Below, piece after piece: positions 56,813-64,000 of a stretch of DNA of 64,000 nucleotides. The stretch comes from the human T2T-CHM13v2.0 reference genome, Homo sapiens: assembly GCF_009914755.1 (NCBI RefSeq), contig NC_060928.1; one strand, 5' to 3'. The translations under genes were made by a program, and so were the position numbers. The number at the start of each line of letters is the position of its first letter. Within the stretch, counting starts at the first letter, position 1. Below the pieces are notes generated by a model, which did not search any database, had not been told where the DNA came from, and saw only the letters and a program-made list of their open reading frames with translations.

Positions 56813-57942
56813 AAATGACACAATAACATCAAGCAGTGGTCCTCTTATTAGATGCACTTTAGCCTTCTGAGTCTGCCTTCCAGGTATCTCAAACTCTGAT
56901 ATAGCTCATTTCTTTGTTTCTCTGTGCTGCTTTCTTGGTGATTATTTCAGATCTATCTTCCAGTTCACTAATTCTGCTGTTAATTGTATCTGATATGACA
57001 TATAATATGTCGACTACATCTCTAATTTTATTTAGTATACTTTTTTTATTTTTCAACTTCACTTTTCTTCAAACCTCCCTGCACATTAAAAAGATATCTA
57101 TTTAAGATAAAAAAAACTTCAAGCATATCAAAGTAAAAAGAATAGTGTAGTAAAGCCCTGTGTACCCATTATCCAGCTTCAACAATGAACAATTCATAGC
57201 TAATCTTGTTTTCTCTGCATCCTCACCTACTTCCTTTCCCACTCCAGATAATTCTGAAGCAATCCCAGACATCATATTATTTTATCTGTAATAGTTCAAT
57301 ATGTATGTCTAGTAGATAAGGATTCCCCTTTAAATAAACAATACTACCATTTTCATTCCCCCTAAAAGTCCACTGTAATACTATTTGTAATTAACATCAA
57401 ATAGTCTTTTAAAAATATTTTATGGTTTGTCAATCATACTTTTAATATACTCCTTTATTTCTTCAAACACATTAAGCATACTAAATTTACATTTTATTTT
57501 ATTTTTTTTACAATATATTTAGTCCTTGTGGGCCTGGTATTTTTATTTGTTTTTTTCTGCTGGCTCTTGCTCATGGTAGTTTGTTCCCTCATGTATTTGT
57601 GATTTTTTTTTTTTTTTTTTTTGGTGGGGAGCTTATGGTCATTGGAACTCTGCAGGAATTCTTTGAGATTTTGGTTAATGTTCATTTCCCCAGAGATTTG
57701 TGATTGCCTCTTCCAGGTACTAGGCACCTTGGGCCCACACTAACCTGTAATCATGAGAATTCAATTCTCAGGTTGTGTTTTTCAGGCTATAGTGTAAATT
57801 TCACACCAAGTTTATGTGACTGTCACCTATTATTGGTAATACTTAGAAGAGCCTTTATTTTCCTTCCTTACCCACAGTCAAAGCTGAGAGATTCAAGACT
57901 GTTTATGGTCTATTGCACTGATATTAATTTTATTTTTCCAAT

Positions 57943-58017
57943 TTGCCTTCACTAAGGCTGTTGCCTTTTGTAGAACTTGCTCTTGCCTTCACTAAGGCTG
58001 TTGCCTTTTGTAGAACT
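57943..58017. repeat. Perfect 35-bp direct repeat with 5-bp spacer (period 40)
   Basis: ttgccttcactaaggctgttgccttttgtagaact at 57943 and 57983. Confidence 0.97.
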
Positions 58018-58452
58018 GTCTCTATGCAAGGGTCTCAATTTGCATAAACCCCAGACACTGTGTCTTGTCCCTCTGCACAAGCCTATACTCTGTTTAAAAA
58101 CTCTTAATGATCATGTATTGGCAGATTTCCTGAAGACAAGATTTAGTTTCAATGCTCAGTTATTGCTTGGATTCATGCCTTTTTACTACTTTTATCCTAT
58201 GAGGGTTTCTTTCACTGTGTTCTACTCAGCTAAGGATTTAAAATGGTATTATAAATATTTCATTCAGCATTTTAAGATGTTCTGTAGTAGGATTCCTCAG
58301 AATATCTGCTGTGCTGCCACATTCCTACAAAGAGGAAGGAATCCAAATTATTATGCCTTAAGTCCCACCTGATTTACTGCCAGAAATTAGCCTTCATCAC
58401 AGTGTCTCCCAGCTGTTCCTGAGAGCTTCTCATTCAGGGGGCTATCTGATGT

Positions 58453-59145
58453 TGTCTTAGTTTATTTGGGTGTTCTAACAAAATACCATAAGCTAGGTAG
58501 CTTATAAACAACAGAAATTTATTTCTCATAGTTCTGGGGCTGGGAAGTTTAAGATCGAGATGACAGCAGACTCTGTGTTCGGGGGTGTTAACGGTGAAGG
58601 GTATACAGGTTCTTGGGGTTTCGAACAAAGAATTGGACAAAATGCACAAACAAAGCAAGGAAGGAATGAAGGGTTTTATTGAAAATGAAAGTACACTCCA
58701 CAGTGTGGGAGCGGGCCTAAGCATAGGGGCTCAAGGGCCCTGTTACAGAGCTTTTGTGAGTTTAAATAGTCTCTACTTGGGGTACGCCCTATGTAAAAGA
58801 AGAGGATGTAGTAAAGTTACAAAGTCATCTATGGCATTCACCCTATGGAGAGGGCATTTCCTGTTATAGCTGAAGTGTGAATTGGCCTTATGTTTCCTGC
58901 CTCCAGATCCTATTTTCCTGCCTCAATGAGGGTCCGCTCTCTTATTCATAGATGGTGACTTCTGGCTATTTCCTCACATGGTGGAAGAGGGAAGGCAGCC
59001 GTTGGAGGTCTCCTTTATAAAAGCACTAATCTCATTCATGAGGGGTCTAGCCACTTCCCAGAGGCTGCACTCCTAATACCATCACATTGGTCATTAGTTT
59101 CAACATATGAACTTTCCAGAGGACACAGGCATCCAGACCATAGCA
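58453..59145 (-). mobile_element. MaLR solo LTR (MSTC/MSTD-like) split by MER61A
   Basis: tgtcttagttt...taacaaaataccata...gcttataaacaacagaaatttatttctcatagttctgg...ctcctaataccatcacattgg...cagaccatagca. Confidence 0.88.
58586..58925 (-). mobile_element. ERV1 solo LTR MER61A-like (340 bp)
   Basis: Minus strand begins tgaggcaggaaaataggatctggaggcaggaaacataaggccaattcacacttcagctataacagg. Confidence 0.85.
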
Positions 59146-60519
59146 GATTGGTTCTTTGGTTCGGATCCTCTCTCCTCTGTTCTGTCTGTCTCATCTGACC
59201 CTCATGCCTCTGCTGCTGATAACTCTCATTAGTTTATCATTCTGCTTGACAAAGCTGTCCTTTGTTGGTGACCACCAGTGCCACTAGTAGTTTTGGCAAC
59301 AGACGTTGTTCTTTACTTTTACTTCACGCCAAATATGGGATAGGCCCTTGTCTTCGATTCTCTAAAGAACAGAAGGTATGAGAGAGAGCATTATAACACA
59401 GAGATGAGCTTACAAATACTTCCCAGGGCCAGAACTGGACTCAGGACTCCTGGTTGACCTGCCTCTCTGTATCTCTCCTACCTTATTGCCATGGGCCAGT
59501 GGGTAGTTTACTTTTCAACACCCAAGTTCCTCTACTCACTGATGGGCTTTGGAGTCTAGACTAAAATTCGAAGTCCTAAAGAGGGGAATTTTCATGCTCC
59601 TTTGCCCAGGCCAATCCCCACCTTCCCAGTCCCTATTCTCTGCCAGGAATGACTGCCACTCATAGTCATTGCAGGAGGATGTTTTGTGTGTGTGTATGTG
59701 TGTGTTTTCCCAGAAAAGTCCAGAGAGATATGGCTCTAACCTATGCACCCCTATCTAAGACGTTAAACTAGTCTGACACTAGTGCATTTTTTCAAGGTCT
59801 AGGTCTTTGAGTGTTGTGTGTAAGACTTTATCAATTCATCTCAGTTTAGACTTCACTGAGCCTAGTCCATTTCTTTTTCTGACATGCTATAGATAACAAC
59901 TTAGATAATAAACATACACGAGCCTGCCCAAGAAACACATAATACCAAAGAGGCACAAAGCAGTCTAAAGCTGTATTTAGAAGAAAAACTGCCCTCTAAG
60001 GGACAAATAATCCTCAGTGATGCAGCTGTCTTTAAAACATCTACCCAATTTACCTGACTACACAGAACACTAAATATTCAGGTTACTTCACTGCATTTAG
60101 GTTTTTACCAACAATGTGTGGTAATATGCCTTAGATTTGCATAACTAAGAGTCTCCAGAGTGGTAGGTGTTCCAGAAAAACAAATGGAAACAATAATCAG
60201 CCTCAAAAGTCAACTCAAATCTCCACCTGGGACCTCCATCTCTCAGACACACACTTACAAACCAAAAGCTGCAACTCTTTGAATGGCAATTTTCCAGCTG
60301 CTGCATTCGTATATTTTCTAATAAGAATGTTCACCTACTACACCCCTTACATATCTTTCTTAAGCTATCATAAAGCACGGTGTCTTACTCTTAGTGGATA
60401 CTTGTTAAATGTAGGTTGATGTCACACATTAGTGTGAATGATTCTTAGTGAGTATGATTCCTCTCTCTTCCTACTGTGCTATGGAAATTAGGGCTTTGAT
60501 GCAGGGTGGGGTTGAGGTT

Positions 60520-60665
60520 TCACTGCAATATGTGGCACTTGAGATCTTTAAATCCCTGCTCTGCCAAATATTGTGTGACCTTGGGTAACTTATTTTTTCT
60601 AAGCTTCAGTTTCCTTGTAAAAATGTTAATATATTAAAGAATTCAGCAAAGTGTCTCAATGAATA
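60520..60665 (+). mobile_element. MIR fragment
   Basis: tgtgtgaccttgggtaactta...cttcagtttccttgtaaaa. Confidence 0.65.
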
Positions 60666-60917
60666 TTAACACTCTTCTCTTTTTGCTTCTACCACCTCTC
60701 AGCCTCAACATACCAGAGGCCACCCTGGCTCCAGGGATGACCAGAAGAAGATGCAGCCCAGACCATTCCTGCCCATGTTTCTGAGTTCTAGAGATTATTT
60801 GTAGTTATACTGGGACATCCCCAGTTCAGATGTGCTACTTGCTTTCTTTGGCTCCTTCAAGCATTTGTAGGCTATTCCCTAAAGCTAGAAAGGGATCAAG
60901 GAAGGCTCAAGCCCTAT

Positions 60918-61473
60918 TGTTACAGGAAAGGAGTCCTGGTCCAGACCCCAAGAGAGGGTTCTTGGATCTCACACAAGAAAGAATTCAGGATGAGTTGGTA
61001 AAGTGAAAGCAAGTTTATTAAGAAAGTAAAGGAATAAAGAATGGCTACTCCATAGACAGAGCAGCCCCAAGGGCTGCTGGTTGCCCATTTTTATGGTTAC
61101 TTCTTGATGATATGCTAACCAAGGGGTGGATTATTTAGGCCTCCCTTTTTTAGACCATATAGGGTATCTTCCTGCCATTGCCATGGCATTTGTAAGCTGT
61201 CATGGCACTGGTGGGAGTGTAGCAGTGAGGACAACCAGAGGTCACTCTTGTCACGATCTTGGTTTTGGTGGGTTTTAGCTGGCTTCTTTATTGCAAACTG
61301 TTTTAGCAGTAAGGTCTTCATGACCTGTATCTTGTGCTGACCTCCTGTCTCATCCTGTGACTTAGACGCCTTAACCTGGCGTCTAATCTGGGAATGCAGC
61401 CCAGTAGGTCTCAGCCTTATTTTACCCAGCTCTTATTCAAGATGGAGTTGAGCTGGCTCACACACCTCTGACA
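60918..61473 (-). mobile_element. ERV1 solo LTR MER41A-like (556 bp)
   Basis: tgttacaggaaaggagtcctggtccagaccccaagagagggttcttggatc...ttcaagatggagttg...cctctgaca; 4-bp TSD ctat. Confidence 0.9.
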
Positions 61474-61481
61474 CTATTAAT

Positions 61482-62125
61482 TAGTATTTTTCAAACTGTT
61501 TTGACTCGGTGAATCTGGAAATTAGTGAATAACCAACACTTTGAAAAATTATATAGTATAATAAAAAATATTCATAGTTAGCAGAAATAATGTTTTGTGA
61601 AACTTTTGTATGAAATGAGTCACATTGGGTATACAATGTATTTCTTATGTGAAAGTTGTTAGAATCCAAACGGAGTCGCTAATGTTAAAACAAATAGAGC
61701 CTGACAAATAGAGCCAGGGAAGGCAATGAAGAGAGGGTTCTCATGACTGGTAAGAAAAACTGTCACAAAAGACTGCAAAAACTACAACTTTGAATGAAGG
61801 TCATTGCAACCTTACACAAAAAACACTTCTGCAAGGTTATCTACTCATCAGCTGCCTGTCCAGCCTTGGACTGGCACCACTCTTGTTATTGACCTCTGGA
61901 GCCAAGGATAATTATTTCAAAACAATTATGTTATAATCCTCCTCATTTTTTCCTTTAATGAGCTTTGTCTTCCTTTACCTCCCTGAATACACTTTGGTTC
62001 ACATAGTCCCATTGCAATACTCTATTCACAAAGAAACATTGCTTTCTTTCTTTTAGAGAGTCTCTCTTTATTATTTAGGTTGACACTTACTGTGGATTGC
62101 CATCAAAAAAATCTGAGAGACACTA
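61482..62125. mobile_element. hAT-type MITE split by MER65A (family not named)
   Basis: Inverted-repeat-like ends tagtatttttcaaact / atctgagagacacta; sequence resumes across the LTR (aatgtatttctta...cttactgtgg). Confidence 0.55.
61648..62085 (+). mobile_element. ERV1 solo LTR MER65A-like
   Basis: tgtgaaagttgttagaatccaaacggagtcgctaatgttaa...ttatttaggttgaca; 4-bp TSD ctta. Confidence 0.85.
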
Positions 62126-62143
62126 CGTTCAAGAGTTTTGATA

Positions 62144-62421
<278 letters not shown>

Positions 62422-62514
62422 AAGAGTTCAGATAACATAAAAATTGTCTTAATTATATAAAAATAAAGTAACATAAATGAATATTCTCAGATAAACAAAA
62501 ATAGCATGCCCCAT

Positions 62515-62994
62515 TTAATAGATTGATTGCTCTATTGGCCCTAATTATTTACTATTCTGTATGTACATCCTATGCCACAAAACTTGTAGTACATTCCCAT
62601 TCTGACCATGCACTCAGTTTTGTGACTTGATTTGGCCAATGAGAGATTAGCAAATGTGATGTGACTAGAGGCTTGAAAAGCACTTGTGAAATTAGGCTTG
62701 CTGTTAACTCTAGTCTTTTGCCATCACTGTGAAAACATGTCCAGGCTAGCCTGCTGGAGGATAAGAATCACATGGTGCAGAGAGAAATGGCCCTCATCTC
62801 CCAGCCACGATTATCCTAGACCTGGTGAAGATAGCCAAGCACCCTAGAAAAGATCAGAAGAATCGCTCAGCTGAGCCCAGTCCAAATTGCCCAGCCTGCT
62901 AATCATGAATTAAAAAAATCTTCTTTTTATATGCAATGGGGGTTTTGTAGTTGTTTGTTATGGAGCATTATTGTGGCAATAGATAATTTATATA
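62515..62994 (+). mobile_element. MaLR LTR (MLT1H-like)
   Basis: gtgacttgatttggccaatg...gaggcttgaaaagcacttg...ctgagcccagtccaaattgc...gttgtttgttatggagcattattgtggcaatagataa. Confidence 0.8.
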
Positions 62995-63818
62995 CCAAAT
63001 AGGAGATTTAGCCATTAATAAAATTCATGACAATAATAATCATTGTAATAAAAGATGTATCAATTTTCCAAAGACCATCTCACTTGGTAATCTTGAAAAT
63101 AACTTTTCATCTTTATATTTCACATTTTCTGAGGCCTTTACTAAGGAAAGGGTTTATTTAGTTAATTTAATAGAAGACAAGGTGGCAGAGGAAGTAGATT
63201 TGCTCAAGGTTACTCAACAAGCTTCTGTTACCTGGATTCAGTCTCCCAAGAATTCTCTTTATCAGAACAGTCTGCAAGTTGCTGACCTCTCCCATCTTCC
63301 AAAATGAAAAGCCTGATTCCTACCCATTCTTCTGGATCTACCTAAATTTTCATAAAAGTTCCTGTGGGATGTCAGTTTGAATAATTAGAATTGACATTTT
63401 GCTTACAAGCAAAATAGAGGCTCTTTCCTCAGGAAACCACAATGACATTAATATCCTCTGAGAGCATTCTGTCCTCCAAATAACCTGATTTGTTTTCCCT
63501 AAATTTTCATTTTCATTTGATCATTAAAAATGAGTTATTCTTTGTAATAGGAAACCTGTGATTCTCTTGAATAGTTGAGTTTGACCTGTTGGTTATCACA
63601 GCAAGATCCTGGTGCCATTTGCTCACTGGACATTCAGTTTTCAGGTGCTACCAGTTATTCCTGCCCCTAAGAATGAATATTCACCTTAGCCAATGATGAA
63701 GGCATGGAGAATGGCAAAGTGGTAGTGGAAGTGGGAGTGGGGAGCTTTGAGGTTGCTTTTACGGAATCCATATCAGTAGGTTAAGAAAACATCCATTGTC
63801 CATATTAAAGAATTGTGT

Positions 63819-63821
<3 letters not shown>

Positions 63822-63868
<47 letters not shown>
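63822..63868. repeat. (TG)n microsatellite, about 23 units
   Basis: Directly visible. Confidence 0.97.
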
Positions 63869-63870
<2 letters not shown>

Positions 63871-64000
63871 TTATGTATGTCGATAGGAGAGAAATGGAAC
63901 ATAGGGCAAAATCCTTGAAAGCCCCCCCTTGGTGCCAGCAACCTCCATCAGAGAGACCTGATAATTTATGAATCAGAAATAGCCCCAAATACCCTGAGTC

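Noticed and set aside
63921-63940. CTCF-like G/C run gcccccccttggtgcc
   Set aside because: Mismatches at key core positions

Overview
Primate (human-like; an AluY is present) non-coding genomic DNA. I see no credible protein-coding gene, tRNA/rRNA, CRISPR array or CpG island. The ORFs in the track are mostly Alu-, L1- or LTR-derived or chance frames; the only recognisable protein is a decayed L1 ORF2p fragment (31154-31768, minus). Much of the window is interspersed repeat: about 17 Alu/monomer copies, many MIR and L2 fragments, old L1M fragments, an L1PB1 inside a THE1 LTR, hAT MITEs (MER20, MER3, MER5A-like) and many solo LTRs (MaLR, LTR16-like, MLT2B, MER34, MER11D, MER61A, MER41A, MER65A). 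Several have readable target-site duplications (TSDs). Subfamily names come from recalled consensus sequences, not from a search. The most unusual structure is three separate 120-210 bp segments copied 1-2 kb from their donors: one inverted with about 25-bp flanking direct repeats, and two direct. All three are about 88-90% identical to their donors and are bracketed in time by nested TE insertions; several micro-duplications and fold-backs accompany them. Repeat-free islands look like developmental enhancers, especially a homotypic HOX/CDX + PBX + MEIS motif cluster at 36.4-36.7 kb. There is also a strong CTCF motif at 27.6 kb and a candidate spliced non-coding transcript at 18.6-19.6 kb. I found no evidence for a new protein-based system.
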